DNA of 35,615 bases from Vicinamibacterales bacterium (GTDB lineage: Bacteria > Acidobacteriota > Vicinamibacteria > Vicinamibacterales > 2-12-FULL-66-21): the NCBI GenBank assembly GCA_050745085.1, contig JBOGJB010000140.1, forward strand, positions 1-35,615. Direction: 5' to 3'. Shown here in pieces: positions 8,777 to 16,803 of the stretch. The position numbers and the translations under genes are program-made. The notes beneath the pieces were generated by a model. That model was not told the origin of the DNA and did not search any database. It saw only the letters and a list, made by a program, of their open reading frames with translations. Within the stretch, counting starts at the first letter, position 1, and every line of letters begins with the position of its first letter.

Positions 8777-9957
8777 CGCCGGAGATCCACGCCGACGCGC
8801 GTGGTCCCTCCCGCCGTGACGGTCACGGAGCGGCGCTGCTCGCCGAGCTGCGGATGACGGAACACCACTTCGTGCTGTCCGATCTGGACGGGGAGGTTGC
8901 CGATCGGGGTTTCACCTTTGCGCTCGCCGTTCACCAGGACCTCGGCCCAGGGCAGCGCGTTGATGCTCAGCGTCCCGGTCGGCAGCTCGGGCCTGATGAC
9001 CCGCGTCTGCCCTCCAGCGATTTGGACCGTCTGTCTCTGTTCGTAGTTCAGCGGCCGGCTGACGAGCCGCAGCGTGTGCGAGCCGGCCGACAGCATGATT
9101 CGATCGACCGCGCTGGTTCCGATCAGGCGATTGTCTTCGTACACGTCCAGCGCCACGCCTGACTCGACGCGGGCCCACCCGGGCTGCTTAGGTGGCGCGG
9201 CCGATCCCATCGGGGTCAACAGCAGAGCCGTCGTGCTGGCGCTCAGGCGGACCTGACGCCGCACGCTGGTCCCGCCGCTCGTCAGGACGACCTCGTGGAC
9301 GCCGGGCGACAGGTTGGTGAGGACGAGCGGCGTTGTTCCGCGCGCGCGCCCATCGATGCTCACGCGCGCGCCCGAGGGATCGGAGATCAGCTCGATCGTG
9401 GCGGTGTTCCCGGCGGTCGCGACCGCTTGGGACTGACCGAGGTCGAACGAATGGACCGCCGCAATGCCGGCCGTGATGTCAACGGCTTCGCGACGGGTAA
9501 CAGTGCCGCGCCGCAGTTCCAGCTCGTGACGGCCGGCCGACAGGCTCAGTTCGACCGGAGACGTTCCCCGAAGCTGGCCATCAATGTAGAGTTCCGCTCC
9601 AGCGGGCCGCGAGATGACGCGGAGCGTCCCCGCCGTCGGCGGCGCGACCGCGCGAAAGTGCCAGATGATGTACGCCCCCTCGCCAAGCGCAGCGGCGACC
9701 GCCAGGATGGCGATGAGCGGCGCAAGGGAGAGGTGCAGTTTCGGCCGCGACGAAGGGGGCTGCTTGCCCGCCTCGGACGCGAAGAGCGCAAGAGCATCGA
9801 CCGGTTCGGCCGAGGGCCGCCGTGCTGGCGCGGCGGGGCTCGGCCGCGTGCGCCCGATCAAGAGCGAAAATGGATGCGGATGCTGACGTGCGGTGGGCGG
9901 CGTCGCTGCTGCCGCCACCGCAGGGTCGTCCTGCCTGGGCGCGCTTTTTGGGGTCAT
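8773..9957 (-). CDS. Membrane-anchored PEGA domain-containing protein
   Basis: One TM helix (LAPLIAILAVAAALGEGAYIIW) is followed by repeated PEGA-type units (ISRPAGAELYIDGQLRGTSP, ISDPSGARVSIDGRARGTTP, NALPWAEVLVNGERKGETP). ATG at 9957 with GGAGG 4 nt upstream is preferred over the TTG at 9978. Confidence 0.78.
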   Translation of the reverse strand: MTPKSAPRQDDPAVAAAATPPTARQHPHPFSLLIGRTRPSPAAPARRPSAEPVDALALFASEAGKQPPSSRPKLHLSLAPLIAILAVAAALGEGAYIIWHFRAVAPPTAGTLRVISRPAGAELYIDGQLRGTSPVELSLSAGRHELELRRGTVTRREAVDITAGIAAVHSFDLGQSQAVATAGNTATIELISDPSGARVSIDGRARGTTPLVLTNLSPGVHEVVLTSGGTSVRRQVRLSASTTALLLTPMGSAAPPKQPGWARVESGVALDVYEDNRLIGTSAVDRIMLSAGSHTLRLVSRPLNYEQRQTVQIAGGQTRVIRPELPTGTLSINALPWAEVLVNGERKGETPIGNLPVQIGQHEVVFRHPQLGEQRRSVTVTAGGTTRVGVDLRR

Positions 9958-10117
9958 TGGGCCTCCGGGCCGGGGCAAGATCAGCTAAAAGTGTGCCCGC
10001 CCGAAATGTCTCGAAAACAAAGGCTTTTCGCCTACACATGTTGTAATAGGGACCCAGGAGGAAGACTTTTGTCCGCGGGGACGGCGGGAAGGGATCCACG
10101 CGACTGACCGCAGGTTC

Positions 10118-11500
10118 TCACTCCGGCGGCAGCTCGAACGAGATGAGATTCCTGCGGAAACCACGCGTCTGTACCGCGCCGTACAACACCCCGGCACCAA
10201 GCCACAGCGCGCCGGCCACCTTCGCCGGCCACCGCAGGCTGAGCCAGAGATACAGACAAAACAAGAACCCGGCGAGCGGCAGGACGAAGTCGGGCCATCG
10301 CCGTTCGGCGGAGCGCGCCCAGTAGCGCGTGAACGCGGCGAGGTTTACCCCCATGAAGGCGATGAAGGCGCCGAAGTTGAGCATCTCTGCGCCGAGCTGG
10401 AATCCGGTGCCGCCGGTGAACTGCGCGAAATAGTCGAGCGACAGGCCGCCGGCGAGCGCCAGCGCGCCGACGAGCAGCACGTTGTTCCGCGGGATTTGAC
10501 GGATCGGCTCGACCGCGCCGAAGAAGCCGCGTGGCAGCGCGTTCTGCCGACCCATCCCATACAGGAGCCGCGCCGCGCCGAGCTGCGCGCCGGTGCCCGA
10601 TCCCATGTTGGCGACGAGCAGCGTGGCGTTGAGGAGGGTGAAGAACATCGGACCGCCCGCCCTGCCCGCGACGTGCACGAACGCGGTATCGACGTCCGGG
10701 AATCCCTTCCAGTCGCCCCAGACGAGCTGCGCGGCGTAGACCTCCACCGACGCGAGCACGCCGATGATGAGACAGGTCAGGACGGTTGCCCGCAGGACAT
10801 TCCTCCGCGGGTCCTCGACCTCTTCGGACAGCGTCGAGATGCCGTCGAACCCGATGTAGGTCAGGCTCGCGATCGACGCCCCGGTGAGCACGAGCGGCAG
10901 CGAAAAGGTGGCCGGATCGTACAACGGCCTCGTGAGCGCGCCGTCCGGGAGCGGCGTGGCCAGCAGGTATCGCACCGCTGCGCCGAAGAAGAGCACGACC
11001 ACCACGGACATGCCGATCGCGAGCACCTCGTTCGTGCGCGCGCTCGCCTTCACGCCGCGCAGGTTGAGCCCCGTGAAGAGCGCCGCGAAGAACACGACCC
11101 AGGCCCAGTACGGGATCCCCGGCAGCACGTTCATCGCCGCCTTGCTGCAAAAGATCGTGCAGATCGTCGGGTTGAGGACGTAGTCCATGACCATGCTCCA
11201 GCCGGTTACGTACCCGAGTCCCGGGTGGAGCTCCTGCCCGACGTAGGTGAAGGCCGATCCGGCGCTCGGGTACGCGCGCGCCATGCGTCCGTAGCTCAAG
11301 GCCGTCAGGAGCATCGCGACCATGCCGATCAGGATCGTCGTAACGACGTGCCCGCGCGCTTCCGTGCTGACGACGCCGAAGATGCTCATCGGCGCGACCG
11401 GCTGGATGATGACGATGCCGTAGAAGACGAGATCCCACAGCGTCAGCGTGCGCTTGAGCGTCGCGGCCTGGGGCTGGCCTGCGGCGTTAGTGGCCGGCAT
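10118..11500 (-). CDS. APC superfamily (amino acid/polyamine/organocation) permease
   Basis: 460-aa ORF predicted to span the membrane about 12 times, with an N-terminal LKRTLTLWDLVFYGIVIIQPVAPMSIFG segment typical of APC permeases. Its start overlaps the upstream GH2 gene end by 14 nt. Confidence 0.85.
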   Translation of the reverse strand: MPATNAAGQPQAATLKRTLTLWDLVFYGIVIIQPVAPMSIFGVVSTEARGHVVTTILIGMVAMLLTALSYGRMARAYPSAGSAFTYVGQELHPGLGYVTGWSMVMDYVLNPTICTIFCSKAAMNVLPGIPYWAWVVFFAALFTGLNLRGVKASARTNEVLAIGMSVVVVLFFGAAVRYLLATPLPDGALTRPLYDPATFSLPLVLTGASIASLTYIGFDGISTLSEEVEDPRRNVLRATVLTCLIIGVLASVEVYAAQLVWGDWKGFPDVDTAFVHVAGRAGGPMFFTLLNATLLVANMGSGTGAQLGAARLLYGMGRQNALPRGFFGAVEPIRQIPRNNVLLVGALALAGGLSLDYFAQFTGGTGFQLGAEMLNFGAFIAFMGVNLAAFTRYWARSAERRWPDFVLPLAGFLFCLYLWLSLRWPAKVAGALWLGAGVLYGAVQTRGFRRNLISFELPPE

Positions 11501-14500
11501 CGGCGCGTGATTTTTCGCCGCTGAGGAATGACGCGATCAGGCTGCGCACGCCGTCACGGCTATAGGCGAAGAATACTTCGTCGGGCCGAGGGGCTCGCCT
11601 CAAGTAGTCGACCTCCGGGACCCGCGGATAGTCTGGACGCCGGGGTGCGCCCGGGTCGCCGCAAGCCGCCTGTTCGGCCGGGGAGAGCCGGAGGTCGTGC
11701 ATCGACTCCAGCGCGAACAGCTTCCTGCGCTGGAGCTCGGGGCTCAGGCGGTGCGAGTAGACCCGCTCGACGGGGATCTCGTCGCCGCCCCAGGGAGGCA
11801 GCGACACCTCGCTGTCGGCCGGGCCGAACGGGTATCGATCGCGCGCCGCGTGGTTGGTATAGAGCAGGAACTCCGGCTTGCCGTTCCAGCGCTCGAGCGC
11901 GTCGTCGACGGCCACCGCGGTGTACTGATGATCGCCGTGGGTGTCGAGAAGCGGGTGCGGCATCACGACGATGTCTGGCTTCGTCTTGCGGAGCACCTGC
12001 ACGATGTCCTCGACCAGGTGCACCCATGTTGCGGGGCGCGAGCCGTTCGGCAGCAGCCGGCTGACGTTCGCGCGCCTGTACGGCGCAACATCATGGTTGG
12101 GTCCGTACATCTCCGGAACCGCGGCGTCGGGACGCTCGCGCATCGTCTTCAGCCGGGCGTCGAAGTAGCCGAGGTTGTAGGCGCGCTCCGGCGGAATGCC
12201 CCCTTGCCACGGGACCGTCACGCTGTCGACGGCGCGCAAATATCCCTTGAGCTGATAGTGCTCGGCTGGATCGCTGACGTTGTCCTTGTAGTTGGCGTCG
12301 CCGGCATTGCCAGACGTCACCGTGACGATGGTCGCGTTCCGTCCCGCGTACAGCCCGAACGCCGCGATCTCCGCATCGTCTGGATGCGGCGCAATGATCA
12401 AGATCCGCTCTCCGAGATCGACGCGGTTTGCGAACGTCCGCACGGTGGCCTGGCCGGGCTCGATCGTGACGCCGTGCCCGCGCAGATCCACCGCCGCGCC
12501 GTCCGCGAGCTGGCCGCGCACTCCCGTCAGGTTCAGCCAGCGGAGCCCGGTGGCGTCTTCGTCGAGATACTGCCGGAGTCGCCCCGATCCAGCGGAGATC
12601 TCCACCCACGGTGCAGGAGCGAACGTGCTGACGCGGACGCCCAGCAGCGCGGTATCCCAGTCCGAGGCCGCGGGCCGCCAGGTGAACCTGACGCCGCCTT
12701 CCATCGCCGACAGCGTCTCGCTCCGCTCCTGGCTGGCGTCTGAACGGAAGCGATACGCGTCGTCGACGGGAGCCGCCAGAGCGCGCGGGCGCGGCGTGTT
12801 CCAGGCCTCCACGTCGATCCGTGGTGGCGTCAGGTCGGCCCGGCGCGGCCACGAAACGCCGATCTCGCGCTTTTCTCCCGGAAAGAGCTCGAAGTAGTTG
12901 TCCTCCCAGAAGACCGGCAGGATCTCTTCGCCGCTCCGCGGGTCGATCGCCTTCAGCCGTACCTGAAACGCGAGCGCTTTGCCCGTGTTCGCGATTGTGA
13001 CGCGACCGATTTCCTCCTTCCCTTTTGTTTCGAACGTCGCCGATGTCTCCAGTGTCGTCTCCGGGAGCCGCGCGAGCGCGGTCAGGTCGGAGTGCCGCGA
13101 CGTCGGCGTGTAATACCACTTGGTGTTCTTCCAGTCGAGCACGTCTTCCTGCGTCGAGAGCCAGTAGAAATTGGTGCTCCGAATTCGGCCGGCCGCGTCC
13201 TCGAGCCTGAGCCGGACGAAATACGTCGTGCTGAGACCGTCGAGGAGTGGAATCGTCAAAACGCGCACCACGCCGTCGGGGCCGACGTCGGTCCGTGCCT
13301 GGCGCGAGAACTTCTGCGCGAGATTCAGGTCGAAGACCTGAGCCGTGACCTTCAGGCCGGCGAACGACTCCTGCAGATCGTTGACGACGACGACCGAGCG
13401 ATCGTCGTACGAATACTGGACGTGCAGCGGCTCGCAGGCTTTCTTCGTGCCGAAGTAGCCGCCCCCCGGGCGCAGGTAGTAGTCGTAGAGGTGCCAGATC
13501 ATCGACGGCCAGGCGTTGTTCAGCATCCACTGAATCACGCCCGTCGACGTGTATTTGTTCCGGCCGAAGGCCTCGAACATCGCCCGCTGCCCTTCGTAGG
13601 TCAGCGCCTGCGACTTTCGCGCGTAGTCGTCCGCGCCGGTCGCCTTGCCGTAACGCGCCTCGAGCGCCTCGGTAAAGAGCTTGAGATCCTTGAACTCGTC
13701 GCCGCCGGCGTGGAACGTCCAGAACTGATCCATCGGCCACAGATGATCCTGGCCGAGCATGCGCGTGAGCGTGTCGATCGGCGGGACGGCCGCGCCGGGC
13801 CCGATCTCGGTCGCGAAGCCGAACGCGCCGCCGTTGGCAGTGTCGGTCAGCCAGTACGAAGGCGGAACGTAGTCGTACGGGCCGCGCATCTTCACGCCGC
13901 TCGGCCCGCTGACGGGGCCCGCCGCATCGGTCGCGTTCGAGAGGATCGGCTTGCTCCAACCGACCGCGGTGAGCATGTCGAGGTACGACCGCTCGACGTC
14001 GGCAGGCGGAGGAAAATCGCTGCCGTTCAGCCAGACGAGCACGCTCGGATGGTTCCGCAGCCGCAGCGCCTGGTCGCCGAGCGACGCCGGCGCGACCAGG
14101 TAGTCTTCGGCGTCCCACTCCTTCCACTTCTCCCATTGATCGCAGCAGCACCAGCCGGGCATCAGCAGGATGCCGTAGCGATCGGCGAGGTCGTAGAACT
14201 CGTCGGTCTCGAGCTTGCCTTCGAGCCGGATCGTGTTGAGCCCCATCTCGCGCGTGTAGCGCAGCTCCGCCTCGAGGCGCTCGCTCGACGCCGGACGCAG
14301 CATCATGTCAGAGGCCCAGCCGCCGCCGCGGATGAGCACGGGCTTTCCGTTGACCTTGAACAGGCGGTGCCCCTTCTCGGTCAGCTCTGATGTCATCTGG
14401 TGGATGCCGAAACTCGTTCGGCGCTCGTCGGACGGCTTTCCATCGACGTCGACGCCGATCGACAGGGTGTAGAGATGCTGAGCGCCGTATCGGTACGGCC

Positions 14501-15428
14501 ACCACACGCGGGGATTCTTGATCATGAGCGAGGCCTGTTCTTCGGGAGTGATCCTCACGGTGGTCTGCTGGCGCGGTCCGAGAGAGACCCGCTTCGAGAA
14601 CGTGATCGCCTCGATCGTGCCCCGGACAACCGCGCTGACCGGACGGTCGGTCGTGTTGCGCAGCTCGGCGCTGACCGTGAGGGCGGCCGTCAGGAGTGAC
14701 GGCACGTCGAGCCGGCTGCGGACGTACGGATGCCGCAGCGCGACCGGACCGCTGTCGGTCACGTAGACCTCTCCCCACAGGCCCATGTTCTTGTCAGCCG
14801 GCGTGGGGTTCCAATCCACCCACATCACCGCGAGGTCGTGCGGTTCGGGCGCGAGCACCTCGACGGCAACCGCGTTTCTGGCGCCGGCGCGCGCCGCCGC
14901 GGTCACATCGAACTCGTACCGCCGGAACGCGCCCGCAACGTCGGTGGCCGCCGCGATGCGCGCGCCGTTCATCCAGACGTTCGCGCGGTAGTTGATGCCG
15001 TCGAAGTGCAGCGCGAAGGATCGCCCGGCTTTGCCCGCCGGGATGTCGAACTCCGTGCGGTACCACCACGACGGCTTGAACGGACTGTCGGCCGGCATCG
15101 GCAGCAGCGTGAACCGCTCGCCGATCGGATACGTCGTCCCCGGGATCTGCCGCAGGTTCATGCCGAAGTACGGATCCTTGTAGGTCCCGTTCTCGACGAG
15201 CGCGCCGACGACCGTATTGGGGACGGTGATCCGGTGCCACCCGGTCGGCCGGTATTCCGCGCGCGAGATGGCGTCGCCGGCGTCGGGGGTTTTTGCGGAG
15301 GACTGGAGGGTCCACTCCTTTTTCAGCTCGAGCCGGGCGTCCTGAGCGGCCGCGGCGCTCGGCGCGAGGCCGATGAGACCGATGGCGAGCGAGATCAGGG
15401 CTCCCGGAGAGGGGAGCGTCGGGCGCAT
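11487..15428 (-). CDS. Secreted fusion protein: GH2 exo-beta-D-glucosaminidase-like domain (aa ~35-880) plus C-terminal PIG-L/LmbE-type deacetylase domain (aa ~1008-1250)
   Basis: 1313-aa ORF with a signal peptide. GH2 sugar-binding, Ig-like and TIM-barrel regions are present, with WLNGSDFPP (Asp codon 14016-14018) and GFATEIGPG (Glu codon 13806-13808). This resembles the CsxA-type subfamily, which uses an Asp acid/base. The C-terminal domain has IIAPHPDDAE and a later DTHGDHQ, the PIG-L zinc-ligand motifs. Confidence 0.85.
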   Translation of the reverse strand: MRPTLPSPGALISLAIGLIGLAPSAAAAQDARLELKKEWTLQSSAKTPDAGDAISRAEYRPTGWHRITVPNTVVGALVENGTYKDPYFGMNLRQIPGTTYPIGERFTLLPMPADSPFKPSWWYRTEFDIPAGKAGRSFALHFDGINYRANVWMNGARIAAATDVAGAFRRYEFDVTAAARAGARNAVAVEVLAPEPHDLAVMWVDWNPTPADKNMGLWGEVYVTDSGPVALRHPYVRSRLDVPSLLTAALTVSAELRNTTDRPVSAVVRGTIEAITFSKRVSLGPRQQTTVRITPEEQASLMIKNPRVWWPYRYGAQHLYTLSIGVDVDGKPSDERRTSFGIHQMTSELTEKGHRLFKVNGKPVLIRGGGWASDMMLRPASSERLEAELRYTREMGLNTIRLEGKLETDEFYDLADRYGILLMPGWCCCDQWEKWKEWDAEDYLVAPASLGDQALRLRNHPSVLVWLNGSDFPPPADVERSYLDMLTAVGWSKPILSNATDAAGPVSGPSGVKMRGPYDYVPPSYWLTDTANGGAFGFATEIGPGAAVPPIDTLTRMLGQDHLWPMDQFWTFHAGGDEFKDLKLFTEALEARYGKATGADDYARKSQALTYEGQRAMFEAFGRNKYTSTGVIQWMLNNAWPSMIWHLYDYYLRPGGGYFGTKKACEPLHVQYSYDDRSVVVVNDLQESFAGLKVTAQVFDLNLAQKFSRQARTDVGPDGVVRVLTIPLLDGLSTTYFVRLRLEDAAGRIRSTNFYWLSTQEDVLDWKNTKWYYTPTSRHSDLTALARLPETTLETSATFETKGKEEIGRVTIANTGKALAFQVRLKAIDPRSGEEILPVFWEDNYFELFPGEKREIGVSWPRRADLTPPRIDVEAWNTPRPRALAAPVDDAYRFRSDASQERSETLSAMEGGVRFTWRPAASDWDTALLGVRVSTFAPAPWVEISAGSGRLRQYLDEDATGLRWLNLTGVRGQLADGAAVDLRGHGVTIEPGQATVRTFANRVDLGERILIIAPHPDDAEIAAFGLYAGRNATIVTVTSGNAGDANYKDNVSDPAEHYQLKGYLRAVDSVTVPWQGGIPPERAYNLGYFDARLKTMRERPDAAVPEMYGPNHDVAPYRRANVSRLLPNGSRPATWVHLVEDIVQVLRKTKPDIVVMPHPLLDTHGDHQYTAVAVDDALERWNGKPEFLLYTNHAARDRYPFGPADSEVSLPPWGGDEIPVERVYSHRLSPELQRRKLFALESMHDLRLSPAEQAACGDPGAPRRPDYPRVPEVDYLRRAPRPDEVFFAYSRDGVRSLIASFLSGEKSRADAGH

Positions 15429-15463
15429 GGGATAAGCCTCCGCGCCGACTTTACTATCCCGCA

Positions 15464-15494
15464 GTCACTTTAATAAACTACTTTCCAAAGTGAC
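15464..15494. promoter_or_regulatory. Candidate operator: perfect 8-bp inverted repeat GTCACTTT-N15-AAAGTGAC in the AT-rich divergent spacer
   Basis: GTCACTTT at 15464-15471 and AAAGTGAC at 15487-15494 are exact reverse complements. They lie in the 84-bp spacer between the GH2 fusion gene and the ROK regulator gene, which is the most AT-rich stretch nearby. Confidence 0.45.
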
Positions 15495-15512
15495 CATGCT
15501 CTCCTCACCGCT

Positions 15513-16730
15513 ATGAGGCTGCGGGCGAGCACGGACGAAACCGCCTGGGAAGCGGCCCATCTGCGCGCGCTGAACCTCGAGCGGGTTCTCGCCGTCGCGA
15601 TGGAGCGGCGAGCGCCCTTCACCCGCGCTCAGCTGATCGACGCCACCGGTCTGTCTGCGCCCACCGTCGGCAGTCTCACCTCGCAGCTCATTCGCACCGG
15701 CCTCGTGGCGGACCTTGGCACCGGACCTTCACGCGGCGGCCGCCGGCCATCTCTCATGGCGTTCAATCCTCGGTACGGGTTCGCGGCGGGCATCGACATC
15801 GGCCCGACCCGGACGCGACTCGCGGTCGCCGATCTCCGCGGCGAGACGCTCGCGCACAGCATCGTGCCGACGCCGTCGGGCGGCACGCCCGCGGCCACGT
15901 TGACGCGTCTCGCGGGCGATCTGCAAGCGCTGCTGAAGAGCGCGGACGTGGAGCCCGGCCATCTCCTCGCCGTCGCCGCCGGCGCGCCAGGTCCCGTGGA
16001 CATTGACCGGGGGATTGTCACCCTCGCGCCGAACCTCAAGGGCTGGACCGACGTGCCGATGCGCGACATCCTGCACGGCGCGCTCGGAGCGCCGGTGCTC
16101 GTCGAGAACGACGTGAACCTGGCGCTGCTCGGGGAGCACTGGCGCGGCGCCGCGCGCGGGCACGACACCTGCGCGTTCATCTTCGTCGGCACCGGTATCG
16201 GCGCGGCGTTCCTGATCGACGGCGCCATCCACCGCGGACATCATTTCATGGCGGGTGAGATCGCCGTGATGTGCATGGGGCCGCAGTTCGTCGAGCAGGA
16301 CTTCGGCAAGCGCGGCTGCCTCGAAGTGCTCGCCGGGCTCGAGGCGCTCGCAGCCCGGTGGCCGAAGGCCGCTGGACGTGACCCCGCGGGTTGGATGACG
16401 GAACTGTTCGATGCGGCCGAGCGGGGCGACAAGGATGCGCGCCGCGCGATCAACGAGACGGCGCGGCTGATCGGCATCGCGACCGCGAATGTGGGGACGG
16501 TCGTCGATCCGTCGATCGTCGTGCTCGGCGGCGCGCTGTTCGCGCAGGCGGAGCCGCTCGTGGTCGCCGTGCGCGAGGTCATGCAGCGGCTGTCGCGCGC
16601 TCCCGTTCAGCTCGTCGTCTCCGCGCTCGGGAAGGAGGCGCCGCTCGCCGGTTGCGTCCTCGTCGCGGCTACGGAGGCAAGGCGGCAGATCAGGTTGCAG
16701 CTTCGCAGTGGCCTGCGACGGGTGAGCTAG
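15513..16730 (+). CDS. ROK family transcriptional regulator (NagC/Mlc/XylR-like)
   Basis: 405-aa ORF with an N-terminal winged-helix region (FTRAQLIDATGLSAPTVGSLTSQLIRTGLV), followed by a ROK sugar-kinase-like fold (GIDIGPTRTRLAVADLRGE, ENDVNLALLGE). Confidence 0.88.
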   Translation: MRLRASTDETAWEAAHLRALNLERVLAVAMERRAPFTRAQLIDATGLSAPTVGSLTSQLIRTGLVADLGTGPSRGGRRPSLMAFNPRYGFAAGIDIGPTRTRLAVADLRGETLAHSIVPTPSGGTPAATLTRLAGDLQALLKSADVEPGHLLAVAAGAPGPVDIDRGIVTLAPNLKGWTDVPMRDILHGALGAPVLVENDVNLALLGEHWRGAARGHDTCAFIFVGTGIGAAFLIDGAIHRGHHFMAGEIAVMCMGPQFVEQDFGKRGCLEVLAGLEALAARWPKAAGRDPAGWMTELFDAAERGDKDARRAINETARLIGIATANVGTVVDPSIVVLGGALFAQAEPLVVAVREVMQRLSRAPVQLVVSALGKEAPLAGCVLVAATEARRQIRLQLRSGLRRVS

Positions 16731-16735
16731 ACGCA

Positions 16736-16803
16736 AGTACGAAGCTCGAAGTACGAAGGCTGAAGTTGGTTCACTTCAGCCTTCGAACTTCGTCCTTCGT
16801 ACT
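16736..16803. repeat. Heptamer-repeat hairpin E between convergent genes: arms 16736-16766 and 16773-16803, 6-nt loop
   Basis: The left arm is AGTACGA AGCTCGA AGTACGA AGGCTGA AGT. 28 of 31 positions pair with the right arm. The right arm encodes the last 10 codons of the minus-strand CRTAC1 gene, and the stop codon (16771-16773) spans the loop-arm junction. Confidence 0.9.

Noticed and set aside
10009-10027. Hairpin CGAAAA-N7-TTTTCG as the terminator of the APC permease gene
   Set aside because: It has only a 6-bp AT-rich stem, has no following U-tract on the minus strand, and lies about 90 nt from the stop. The evidence is too weak to annotate.
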